Shown here piece after piece: positions 26,103 to 38,543 of a stretch of 64,000 nt of DNA (position 1 is the stretch's first letter; every line of letters begins with the position of its first letter). The notes beneath the pieces are model-generated. The model saw nothing but the letters and a program-made list of their open reading frames with translations, was not told where the DNA came from and did not search any database. This stretch comes from Blasia pusilla (Eukaryota). The stretch lies in NCBI GenBank assembly GCA_050084515.1, contig CM114271.1, positions 36,518,001-36,582,000 on the forward strand. The letters run 5' to 3'. Both the position numbers and the translations under genes were made by a program.

Positions 26103-26618
26103 ATGCCAAACCAAAATTAATAATCTCAAAAAATACTAAGGTTGGCCTAGAGTCTGAAGATTAATCCTTTTGGTGAAAATCTAAATCTAGAAAATTTAAC
26201 AATATTATATGAGTGTAGAGATCCATGTGCACTCAACCATGGTCATGAAATTAGGTAAGTTTCTCAAGAAGGTAAAAAGACATGCCAACTCTTCTCATCA
26301 TGAAATTTTGATATTCCTACAATACAAGGCTATCTAAAGCAAACTCCTTCCAATATTCTGCTCTCCATCCTTTCCAACATACTATAGGAATTTCCACCAT
26401 TCTATAGGGAAAAATGTAGCGTGGGAGTGCTTCAAATGGGAAGAGTTACAAGTGAAAGAATAATACATACGTGTTTTCTATGCCATGCAACCATATCCCT
26501 TTTCAACTCACTTAAACCCGAATTGTAAACTAAATCTTGGTCCTACATCTTCAATCCTTAAATACTTTTGCATTATTGGCTAATGGATCTCCCATCAATT
26601 AATTGTACAAGTTTGGGT

Positions 26619-27060
26619 TGTGAGAAAACAAAAAGTGACAAAATCTATGAAATCTTTACAAAACTTAGAGATACAAAGTGGCCTAGTCCGTTTGTGCCCT
26701 CACAGAAGAGCTTCGATAGAATCTGAACATGGAGATAACTTGTCATACGAGAATGCGCTACCGCTGCGGCTCCCGACTATTTCACTACTCGGGAAACTAA
26801 GGGTTTTTACCTAATTTTCTTCATTTTTATTAATAGAAAAAACGAGGGATTATCTAACCCTATATTGCATCAAGGTGCGGGGCACCCTGATGCAATATAG
26901 GGTTAGATAATCCTAGTAACGCTACTCTTGAAACCACCTACGTCATATTACTATGACTCCTTCGACGTCTAAGTCGGAACCATCAATCTAGGCTTCTCCT
27001 CATACAAGGGGGCTGATGAGATTAATGGTGCTAAAAGAAGTGGATGTTGAGAATCCAACA
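26619..27060 (-). repeat. 3' LTR (442 bp)
   Basis: TGTGAG...CCAACA on the + strand; 26683-27060 matches 31218-31593. Confidence 0.95.
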
Positions 27061-27088
27061 CACCCCCTCAATATCACTCTCATATGGA

Positions 27089-30000
27089 CTACTGTCTTGG
27101 ACCTATGCCAAGACCCTTCAGATGTCGGTGAAGCTGATCTCCGCTAAAAGCTTTCGTGAAGATGTCTGCACGGTTATCCTCTGTTGGACAATAATCTAAC
27201 TTCAAAACCTCTCTCTCGATCAATTCACAAAGAAAATGATACTGGATCTCTGTGTGCTTTGTACGAGCATGAAACACATGATTATGTGCTATGGCAATGC
27301 AACTTTGATTATCACACCACATTATAGTAGCACTTTCTGGTGCTTCTCCTATGTCCTCCAATATCCATCTTAACCATATTGCTTTACAAGAAGCATAACA
27401 AGCCGCCTTGTACTCTACCTCGGTAGAAGAAAGAGCCACTGTAGGTTGCTTCTTGCTGACCCATGACACCACACCTGATCCTACCAAGAAGCAATAACCC
27501 AAAACTGATCTTCAAGAATCTGAATCTCCTATCCAATCCGAGTCACAAAAAGCTGTCATTTCTGTCCTTGCTCCATAGGTGATGCCGTACTCGATAGTGC
27601 CTTTGATGTAATTCAACACATGCATCCTTGCCTTCCAATGGTTCTCACGAGGCTTAGTTGAGAACCTACTCAACACTCCCACAGCGAAGCTAATGTCTGG
27701 TCTAGTGTTACACAAAAATATCAAACTGCCCGCAAGCTTTATGTACAACTTTTCATCTACCAATGGTGAAACATCCTCCATCGAGAGTTTCAACTCTACC
27801 TCTATTGGCGAGACCACTGCCTTACACTCGATCATCCCGAATGCCTTCAAGATTTCTCTGGCATACTTTTGCTGAGAGAGAAAAATAGAATCTGACTGTT
27901 GCCAAATCTCCAACCCAATAAAGTAGTGCAAAAAACCTAAATCTGATATTTCAAACTTGGATTTCAACACTCCCTTCATTTCCTCTATTTTCTTATTGTG
28001 GTCTCCTGTGATGATAAGATCATCCACATATAGGACTATCAACATATACATCCCATCTTCGCAAAACACATACAAATTTTGCTTCTGAAGGACTCTTGAT
28101 GAGACCCTTTTCTCGGAAGAATGTATCTATTCGTTGATACCATACCCTTGGGGCTTGCTTAAACCCATACAATGCTTGATGAAGTAACCACACTTTCTCT
28201 TCTGATCCGGATATCTCAAAACCTGGTGGTTGAGATACATATACCTCCTCCTTGAGACTCCCGTTCAGAAAGGCAGACTTCACATCATATTGGTATACAT
28301 GCCAACGTCGTGTTCCTGCAACCACTAGAATAATTTGAATGGTTGTCATCCTTGCAGTAGGAGCAAAAGTCTTATAGTAGTCAAAACCTTTGATTTATGA
28401 GCATCCTTGTGCAACCAACCTCGCTTTGAATTTATCCAATGTACCGTCCGACTTGTACTTGGTCTTGTACATCCACTTGGTGCGTATTATCTTCCTCTCT
28501 TTTGGCTTCTCAACCAAAGTCCAAGTTTCATTTCTCAGAATAGCGTCCATCTCCATCTGCATGGCCTCTATCCATTGAGGATGAGAAAGGGCCTCATCCA
28601 AGCATGATGGCTCTTCCACCTTCAAGACCTCTATCATCAAGGCCATGTTGACAAGATGTGCGGAAGCTCTATTCTGCTCCTCTAGTCTCTTGGATATCCT
28701 TGGATGTGTAACAACTTCATCAGTTGCTGGTGGATCCTTACCATCCAAGAGCTGCTTTATCTACTTAGGATATGACGACCGTAGTGGAAGAGCAGGATGC
28801 TCTTTGTAATCATCACCAAATTCTTCTTCTTGATGATCTGGTGAAAACATTGGTGGTGTGCTCTGGTGGGTTATCTCTTCGTTTGATGATAATGTGGACG
28901 GACCACTGATATCCGCCATTTGACAAGGCTGTTCTTGGAACACCACATCCTGACTCACAAGCATCTTCTTTGCCTCAGGACACCATAGGCGATAAGCCTT
29001 AGACTCATCAATGTATCCCATAAAGATGCACTTCCTGCTCTTGGAGTCCAGCTTGGTCTTGGATGCTTCAGGAATATGTTCAAAGCACTCACTACCAAAA
29101 GTCCTGAAATGCTAGACTGATAGTACCTTACTTGGGTATGATTGATGAGGAGTCATCCCTTGCACTGACTTGGTAGCACTTCTATTTACAATGTAAACGG
29201 CAGTATTAACAACTTCAGCTCAAAATCCTTCTGTCAAACCTTTTGCTTTTGTCATACATCTTGCCATCTCCACCACTGTATGGTTTCGACGCTCAACACC
29301 TCCATTTTTTTGTGATGTATGTGTTGTGGTTAATTGTCGCTTGATTCCATGCTCCCCTAAATATTTGTTGAATTCTGTTGATAAGAATTCTCCTCCTCGA
29401 TCGGTGCGAAGCTTTTGTACCTTCTTTCCTGTCTCATTCTCAACTAGCTTGTGCCATACTTTAAATTTCCAAAAGCACTTGCCTTATCACGAAGGAAATA
29501 CACCCACATCTTCCTACTATAATCGTCGACGACTAAAAAGAAGTAGGAAGAACAAGCTAATGCCAATGTTCTCATTTTACCACAAAGGTCAACATGAATC
29601 AGCTCTAGAGGAGCCTTTGCTCTATTGCTGGACTCTTGTGGAAATGGTTGTCGGTATTGCTTTCCCATCATACAAGCTTCACATGTATCCAACACTCCAG
29701 AAATTATTGGTAAATCAATAACCATGCCAGATTTATGCATCTGACTTAGTAAGGGAAAGCTTAGGTGACCAAATCTTTCATGCCACAACTGACTGCTACT
29801 AAGATCAGTACCTACAGTTGTCGTGAAAGCATGCTCGTAGATATTTCCACGTCGTATACCTTCACCTACTACTTTCCCATTGGCATCCTCAATGAATGCT
29901 CCAGTTTTCTTGAAACAAGCTTCTAGGTCACAATCACATAATATCGCTACCGAAATCAAATTTCGCTTCAACTCTAGTACGTACAGTACATCAGTAAACT

Positions 30001-30988
30001 TCTTTTCATCTCTTTTTTGTGAGACTAAAGAAATTGTGCCTTTCCCTTCTATAGGGCACTTTGCATTATTCCCAACAATAACAACGATAGGCTCTTGTAG
30101 AGGCTTTAAGGAGCTATACCAATCCTTATGATTAGTCATATGCCTAGATGCTCCACTATCAAGCACCCATGCATCTTCACTCTTTGACTTAGTGGAATGT
30201 TCTGCCTGTGTGCAAAACTCTTCGATTGCTACCCAAGCATCTACTTCATGTTCTCCTAGTTCTACAGAATTTCCAGACTCTTTCTTAGGTCTTAAACAAC
30301 CGTTCTTCTCATCATGACTCCTCTTTCTACAATCTTTGATAAGATGACCTAGCTTACCACAATAAGAGCATTTGAAGGCTTTCCTTGGAAATTTCTTCTT
30401 GACATTTGAACTGTAATCCTGATTTCTACCTTTCAGTACGTTGGCAGTAAATGCTCCATCACTTCCCTCTCTTGCTTTGAAGTGCGTTTCCTCTTCTACC
30501 AACACTGCACTAAATTGTTCAAAAGTAAGCGGCGTGGATCTTACTTGAGTATTGAATGCAGTGACCAAACTGTCATACCTTGGAGGCAAAATCCTTATGC
30601 ATCGACATGCCAAATCTTTGCTAGACTTTGAAATTCCTACGGACGCCATCTGATCTTGAAGATTCTTGATCCTTGTAAAAAATTGCTCCCCGCTTTCTCT
30701 TTCTGAAAATTTCTCGGACGTAAGCTCATTCTCCAGATTCTGAATCAGAGTCTCATTCCTCGTTTCATACTGATTCTTCAAAATGTTCCACGCCTCAGCA
30801 GTAGTGGTTGTATGTTGAATGAGAGTCATGACAGAATCAGTTACATTCGTGACAATCGCATATAGAGCATCTGCGTTTCTGCGTTTCCATGCCAGCAATA
30901 CAACAGGATCGATATCCCCAGATGAAGATGAACATGCAGAACTCAAAGTAGCTTGTGGATTCAAATTGACCCGTGTGGCCGTCTCCAT
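27089..30988 (-). pseudogene. Copia gag-pol polyprotein broken by frameshifts and stops
   Basis: CSYCGKLGHLIKDC (knuckle), WVLDSGAS (protease), WHERFGH..CEAC and LELIHVDLCG..VDDYSRK (integrase), DVKSAFLNG and LYVDDL (RT), SSTEVEY..CDNQS..ADIFTK (RNase H), spread over several ORFs. Confidence 0.95.
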
Positions 30989-30991
30989 CTA

Positions 30992-31593
30992 CTTTTTTCT
31001 ATTAATAGAAACAAAGAAAAATAGGTAAAAACCCTAGTTTTCCCGAGTAGTGAAATAGTCGAGAGCCGCAGCGGTAGCGCATTCTCGTATGTCGAATTAT
31101 CTCCATGTTTAGGTTCGATCGAAGCTCTTCTGTGAGCGCACGGACTGACTAGGCCACTTTGTATCCCTAAGTTATATAAAGATTTCAGTGATTTCGTCAC
31201 TTTCTGTTTTCTCACACCTAGTCCGTCCGTGCGCTCACAGAAGAGCTTTGATGGAATCTGAACATGAAGATAACTCGACATACGAGAATGCGCTACCGCT
31301 GCGGCTCCCGACTATTTCACTACTCGGGAAACTAAGGGTTTTACCTAATTTTCTTCATTTCTATTAATAGAAAAATGAGGGATTATCTAACCCTATATTG
31401 CATCAAGGTGCGGGGCACCCTGATGCAATATAGGGTTAGATAATCCTAGTAACGCTACTCCTGAAACCACCTACGTCATATTACTATGACTCCTTCGACG
31501 TCTAAGTCGGAACCATCAATCTAGGCTTCTCCTCATACAAGGGGGCTGATGAGATTAATGATGCTCAAAGAAGTGGATGTTGAGAATCCAACA
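30992..31593 (-). repeat. Rearranged 5' LTR plus leader: LTR body 31218-31593 and an inverted copy of LTR segment 26619-26841 at ~30992-31216
   Basis: Reverse complement of 30992-31216 begins TGTGAGAAAACAGAAAGTGACG and tracks 26619-26841. It ends a few bases before the gag ATG at 30988. Confidence 0.9.
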
Positions 31594-32699
31594 TGGGTCT
31601 CAAGAATTTGCATAGAAATACCATCCCTCCTACTCCTTTAGCAACAAAATATTTTCTCATATTTACCCTTCAATACATTCCAAAAAATAAATCGTCTTTG
31701 CACTAATTGATTCTAAGTCATGCTTTGAAAAAATAATGGAAAGATGTCAAGATCCCATCGAATGGTGATGATATCATTTTTCCCACTGTACATTTCAATT
31801 AGCGAGCAATTTCCAAGTGAGTTGAATTGTTTGAGTCAAAAATTTGAGTGACCAATCTATCATGCAATCTAGTTGTAATTCATTTCTTGCAGTTCTCTCC
31901 TTAGATCTACTTGAGAAAAGAAGAAACTTCCCTCCATCCAACGCACCTTGGCAAGCCATCAGCCAACAATTTCTCTGCCCATCTCTGACAACATCATCAA
32001 TAATCCTTCCAATATCACAAGCTCCAACATCCATCTTGGGTTCCTTCAACTTCCTTGGATGAAATATGCCTAAACTATGAAGGTCTTGTGGAAATCTAAT
32101 TTTATTGCACATTGTGATTTCATTTTATGGGATATATTTTTCAATCAACTCCCATTGACTTAATTATTTTATGCACTAACCCTTTGTCTTTGTGGTGTTC
32201 ATGTAGGCATTTTGATGTTACACCATCAGGGTATGCATTTCGACCTATCACATTCTTCTTTTTGCATTGGGAGATAAACTCATATTTTTAAACATTTTTT
32301 AAAGGTTATGAATTATATATGTCTTATGCTTTCTATATGTAAAGATAAACCAATGATCTCAACCATGCATGTTAGTAACTAATATAGGTTTTGCAATCTA
32401 CTAAGGTAATATGAAAGAATCTTTTTACAAGGAAGGTGAAATATGTGAAGTAGCTAATCTTTCTACTACAAGTGTAGAACAAAGTCAGAATAAGAGGCGG
32501 AGGATTGCGAGGAATGAGCCCATGGTGGGGGTAGAAGCCCATGATTCGGAGGAAAAAATAGGAATCAGTGGTAAAAGGGCCTTGCTTAGTGCCATGGTCT
32601 ATGCAGGGAAGATGGATACCCTTTTTTTGGTGAAAATTTCAAAAAAAGAATTAAAAAATCTAACCCAAATCTTGGTGGGCATGGAACCTCGATCTCAAC

Positions 32700-33050
32700 A
32701 GTATGTAATGTAAGGTACACTACTAAGAAGGACTTAGAAGAGTCCATGGTTTGATTTACCAACGGTATCAAACTTTCAAGCATCGTTTGTGATGAGGATA
32801 TTGTCACCTGGTTCAAACATTCCATTGATGAATTATTATGTGGGTAGATACATACATTGCTTGATGATATCAACACATGGAATGATTTTAAAATGGGGTT
32901 TCTAGTGAAATTTCTGAAAAATTGAAAGGCAAAAAAAGTCATGAGCACATGAGAGTCTTAAGGCAAGAACTTGGCTAGTCAATTCCACATTATGGAACTC
33001 GTGCAAGAACTTTGAATACGCAACATCTTTGAGACAAGAAGAAATATTCT
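32700..33050 (+). pseudogene. Degenerate retrotransposon gag (capsid-like) fragment
   Basis: DINTWNDFKMGFLVKF resembles the gag 'TW..FK..FL..F' pattern; many stops. Confidence 0.45.
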
Positions 33051-36000
33051 ATACAATTACATTAATAGTTTGGAACCAAGTTTTTCTGTACAAGGAAATG
33101 GCGGTTTAGATTGCAAGTCGACAAGGTTGGAAGAACAACAAACCAAAAAACCATGGAGTAACGTACCAAAACCGGTTCGGGAAAATGTACCTTCCAATTT
33201 AGAGCACTCTTCATCATTATAACCCCTACAAGCACCCGTACTTTTTTTTATTTCTCCATCTAGCCTATCCATGTGTCCTCCACTTGCGAGTAATAATTAA
33301 ATTCCCCCCATCTTAAAGGGCCGCTAACTGTTTGGATAAAGAGTAATTGCCAAAATTTACACGGAAGAAAAGTATAAAAATTAGGAAGAAGGAACTCAAG
33401 GGTGGGAACATAGTAGCAAAGGATGTTAACACAAGGAGATACCAAGCTAAGCATGATAACACAAGATGATACTACTAAGATGTGCTATTTATATAATTAA
33501 AAGAGGATGGGGGCTTTAGGAAACCCTCCTCTAGTGTTGACACCTATTGTCTAAAGTGCGAGTGGTGTTGACACATGTCAAAGGAGTTCAATGAAGAGGA
33601 GACCATGTCAAAGGAACGGAGAAGACAATTAAATGGATAAAAGAGGAACATAGGGTTTTTAAAAATTGAAGAAACCCTCTAGTAGAAATCCTCATATTCT
33701 TTTTATTTTATTCTTTTCATTACGTCCCGTATATTAATACTCGTCAAAAGACACATGAGTCGTCTTTGAATCTGCGCAGCCACCCGTCGTATGTTCCTAA
33801 CGTCCCGCCAATGGATGGACTGCCGAACCTGAGGTCGGAGCCTACGCTTGTGAAAGATTAGCGAAGCTCGCGCGACCCCATCCTTGTTAAGGACCAGCGA
33901 AGCTTGCGCGAATACGTGGTCTGGGAACGTGCTACGTAAGTAGAAAAAAACAATGTGGGCATGTGGGTACATGGAGGAATAGGGAGTCCCCACCAAAGTA
34001 GCTCGATGCGAAGAAAGAAAGAAAGAAGGAAGGAAGTAAAGAAGGACTCGGACGGGTCTATGGCGTGCCGCGTTTTCCCGTTGTCCAGCCATACGTCAGA
34101 GTAGAGGTACCCCCAACGCGTGTCACGGAGCATTGACTGCGGGAGCCACAGGGTAAGGACGGAAGGACTCGGCCATATGGAATTTAGCCGAAAGTAAATA
34201 CGGTAGTTTAAAAAAAAATTATTCAACGGAGGCTACCTGTCCGCCTTCGGACTGCCGCTTGTCGGGACGTCGAAAGGTCTGGGACCCTGGGTCCTGGGTC
34301 GTCTGCATTTGAATATAAAATAAAAGAAAGAACCCATTAATACAGCACATATTCCGGGCGTAATTACGGAACTGTAGATTTTTCGACGCGATGAAAGTGG
34401 CAAGGTTCTCGGTCGTGCTAAATAAAATAGTCCGGGATTGCCGGTAAGCTAGGTGAAGATGTCAGAAGGAGATACCAGAAAAGATTTAGAAGTGGGTCCC
34501 CATAGTGTTGTATTCGTGAAAAAGATGAAAACCATTTCGTGGGCTCCACAAGAAGGGGCGTATATTTTAATAAGAAGTAATCCCAGACAAAGTGGTCGTG
34601 TGTGTGTGTGTGGGGCCCAGTAGAGTTCACAGCAGTATCCTGTAACATAGCATAAGGACGTACGTTTCAAGTTTGATGCACGTGTGTGACACGGGAAATT
34701 TATTTTCATAACCGGATTTAATAGATAAATAAAAAATTGAGAAGGTATGTTTTCACCACTTTATACGATACCATCTGAGTTTCTTAATAAAACTGGAAAA
34801 AAGGGCACAATTTCAAACATCGAAAACTCTTTCTAACCAAAAGCACATTCCGTAACTTTAAATCAAAAAGAATACCGCACACCAGCAGCAAAATAGTTTA
34901 GCGATGTAAAATTTTCAGCAGATCGTAGGTTTTCACGAGACAAGTATCCGTATTTCGAACTTTCTAAAAAAGCGTCTTGCGAATCGCTAGTATGATGTAA
35001 GTTTGGGGGTGGTAAAAGGAAGGATGTAGTGGTGTATGGCGTATCAGTTTGTAGGAGAGGATGAGAAGAACCTGTCGGGACCCGCACCCTTAGCGTCCCA
35101 CTCCAGCCTTTCGTTGCTTAGCACCTTTCCGTTCTTTGATGCAACTCGCACCAAGAGCTTCTATGGGGTGGCTAATAGCCCCGAGTTCTTTATTGGGAGG
35201 GGATGCAGTATTCCACACATCAAGGACAACGATGAAGGGCTCGGATCAAATCCAAACTGGCCACAAATGGGATCCTATTGGGGAGGGGGGGGCAAGGGGC
35301 CAGGGGCTCTCCAAATAAAACTGCCCCACCCTAACACGAGACCTTATTATGGTATGCTAAGGCGGGTCCCCAGATCATGCATTAAAAATGGATTTTGTCA
35401 CGAGATAGCCACTTGTGGTCGATATAATCTATATACTAATCGGAAGATGTAAAGTTTTTCATCCGTGTCACTAAATTTCTTTCAAAAATACTTTTGGCCT
35501 CGTTAATTGGGGTCATGTACAGAGACAGGCAAGAAAAATGACATTGAAACAAGAATTATTAACAGGGATCCGTGCATCCCACGGTCCCTCAGGGGTCCTT
35601 ACTAATTTACACTAGTTTGCGTTTGGAGATATCTCGTCCTCATGCTTATCGGTCGTGTCATTTGTGATTAAATTAAGAAAAAAAAACTAGCTCGCAACAT
35701 CTCACGAATGGGACATCGTATTTCTTGCAAGGGCCGTGTCCTCGTTCTCAACCGTCACTGCTCTTGGAATTTCCTGGCTTTTCTCGATTACAATCCCACC
35801 ATTGATGCTTTTATCTTCTTGAAATGGTCGAGTTAAGAGTAAGGCTCGGTAGTCCGAAATCGAGGCACCACCTATCCAGCTTTGAGCGATCGGTGACTCT
35901 ATGACGGACGGAGGCTTACGAGGTTTTAGGCGACGTAGTATGAAGTGGTGAGCTTGTTATTGTCACGGACTTCCTTCTTCTCCTCCTCCCCGTAGAATGT

Positions 36001-38243
36001 TGTTGTCAACTTTTCATTTGCTGCTATTCCTTGAGAAATCGTGGGTCTCAGAGTGTTAAACGTGTGTTGGTATCATGGCGAGGGCGTTTTAACTTGGTAT
36101 GGTCGAGAATTTGCCCATACTACGTAGGGTGTGCCCACGTGTCCGTTCTAAATCAAAATCCTCATTCTTCACTTATCCTACACATCAAATACAAGAACAC
36201 GAGGTTGGTGTCGGGTTGTCGATAGCTACTTGGACGAAAGCAGAAGAGATAGAGCTTGAGGCTACGACGGTAGCTCTCATTTTTATTTTTAGACTCGATT
36301 TGCTCTATCTTCACAAATTCTTGCGAGGAAAGGATGACGGAAACTTTCGCTAGTCCCTTTTTCGCCGGTGAATCGCTCCTGACTCGCCGTTGCATGAATG
36401 ATGTGGATGAATCGTGGAGGCCACTGGACGCTAGTGCATGTGAGTTCATACAATCAATCAATCACACATCATGACACTCCCTCCGGGTTATTTCTTGGAT
36501 TGCTTGCGGCTTGACATGCATGAGGAGTGAAGAAAGAGCAAGCCAGCCATCCGTGAAGAAGTCAGACGAGGGGGGCAACCGGCGGTGAGCCAAAAACCCG
36601 CCACATGAGGCTCTATTCTGGCGGAGGCTTTTCCCCGTTTCGAGCCTATATATACCGCCCAAGTCCAGCTAAAATGAGGCTCTATTTTGGCGGATCACCA
36701 CGCTTGAGCTCGCGGAAGATTGCAGCCGGTTTGTCATATTAGCCGACGCAGGGAACACGCTGTGAGTGGCAGAGGTCTAAATGCTACACGCGCGGCTGTG
36801 CGATTGGTCGAAACCTGGAGACAGAAGTGTATCTCGGCAATTTCTGGCTACAAGACGTGGTTGGAAGGACGACTATGAGCACAGTAGTAATCAACCGAGG
36901 CCGCATGGTTTTCAAAATAACTACGTGTTGCGCCCACAGGACTATCCTGGTTCCACGCGGAGTAAGGCTATGCTAATGACTACCTGGTTACTGAGTGAGG
37001 GATTCGATGAGATCTACGTGGTGGGGTCTACTTACCGGCCGTATTTGGACAAACTCGGGTCGTTTTGGAATCCGGATCTCTCACAGAAGATGCTAGAAAC
37101 TACCCATGTTTCCCCGGCGTCTGACCCGACGGCCGTGCTGCATATCGTAGGAGGAGCGTCTTCGACAGTTCCTGGGACGATGGTCGTACGCGCCGGACGG
37201 TGCCACGATGGAGGGAGATGCCTGAGATGCGACGGAGCCGGGGACGGGGGATGCCGGACGGAGTTTTGGCGCGGGGGATGTCGCATCTATTTCCCCGGTT
37301 AGGGAATTCTTGAACTGGTTCGGTCTGTCTAGACGGGCAGGGCACCTTCAGAGTCGGGCAGTTCTGGGCAGGGAGAAGACGAACGCATTGATACAAGCCA
37401 CGCGCCGGGGCTCCCTTAAGTGAACGACGGGTGAGGAGCAGAGAGCGCCGCGCCTGGATCTCAAGAGAACTCAATTGCTCGTCTCGACATACGCCTCGAA
37501 GTCGAAGCTTCAGGAGCCAACGAAGAGGAGCGAAGACGAAGGACGAGAAGTGGAGAGCAGGACGTTGCCTCACCGGATCCATCGCGTAGGGATATCGGCC
37601 CGGGCCATCCATCAATCTCAGCAGAACGCATTGGCATGCCTCTTGGCTCCAACCCCTCGGCTCCTCCTCTGTGGCTGGTGTTTGTAAACGCACATCCCCG
37701 TCCCAGAACCCCCATTCCGTCCCGCTCTTTCTGCCGTGATATGTATTTACCATCTCCGATTCTCTCTCTCCTAGCGGATCCGATCGCCCCTGACCTTAAG
37801 CTCTAGCCTTGATTGTCCGGCTGATTCTTTTCTTCTTTCCTGTGCTCTTTTGCTTCTGCCTTTACCCTCTTCTTTGCCTCATCTTCTCCCTTGGTTGTGG
37901 ACACAATCGTCTTTCTTGCCACCCTCATCTTCCACCATAGAGTCTCACAACCCGCGCACACTTCATCTCTTTCGTGGACGTGTCTAGGCATTCACGGCGA
38001 CCAGTATTACGCGTCCCGCCAGAGTGCGAATTTCCGCTCCCGAAGTCTAGGCCAGATTCTGTTCCTTTCATCGGCAGCCCTTGTATCTGAGGGCTTCGAT
38101 TGGAATAGGGTGCATCCCTATCACTTCGATTTGATACACTGGTGTGTGGGATGTGGCTCCTTGCTGCGAGCCTCGGTTTATCATCAACGTTCAGAGCAAG
38201 GAACGCTTTGCGGTTCGGGATCCATGTGTGTGTGTGAGAGGAG

Positions 38244-38484
38244 GTAAGTTCAATTGGCTTTGACGTTGCCATTGCTCTGAAAATTAGGACGTCATATTTT
38301 TTCACCGTAGAGGGAATTTCTTTGAGAAATTGCTATTTTTCCTACGCTCATTGCTGCGTGAGAGGAGCGGCTGTCTGCGAGGACTCAATGCTATCTGCTT
38401 CTCTTGACGAACGAGAGAGTTCAGGAGCAGTCTCTATCATCATGCGCTGACATCATTGATGTGGTACGCGTGTTTTAATCGCAG
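38244..38484 (+). other. Putative 5'-UTR intron of the kinase gene
   Basis: GAG|GTAAGT donor and TGTTTTAATCGCAG| acceptor, after a CT-rich leader and 59 nt before the ATG. Confidence 0.6.
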
Positions 38485-38543
38485 GGTCGCTTGCGTGCGG
38501 GGCATCACATATCATGGTGGAGACAACGCTGGATTAGTTAGTT

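Larger units (their letters stand above)
26619..31593 (-). mobile_element. Full-length Ty1/copia LTR retrotransposon (4975 bp) with disrupted ORF
   Basis: TG...CA ends; perfect 5-bp TSD TGGGT (26614-26618, 31594-31598); PPT complement CACCCCCTCAA at 27061; domain order gag-PR-INT-RT-RH. Confidence 0.97.

Noticed and set aside
36031-38305. ORFs of 100-217 aa upstream of the kinase
   Set aside because: No recognisable domains, overlapping on both strands in GC-rich promoter/UTR DNA; probably chance ORFs.
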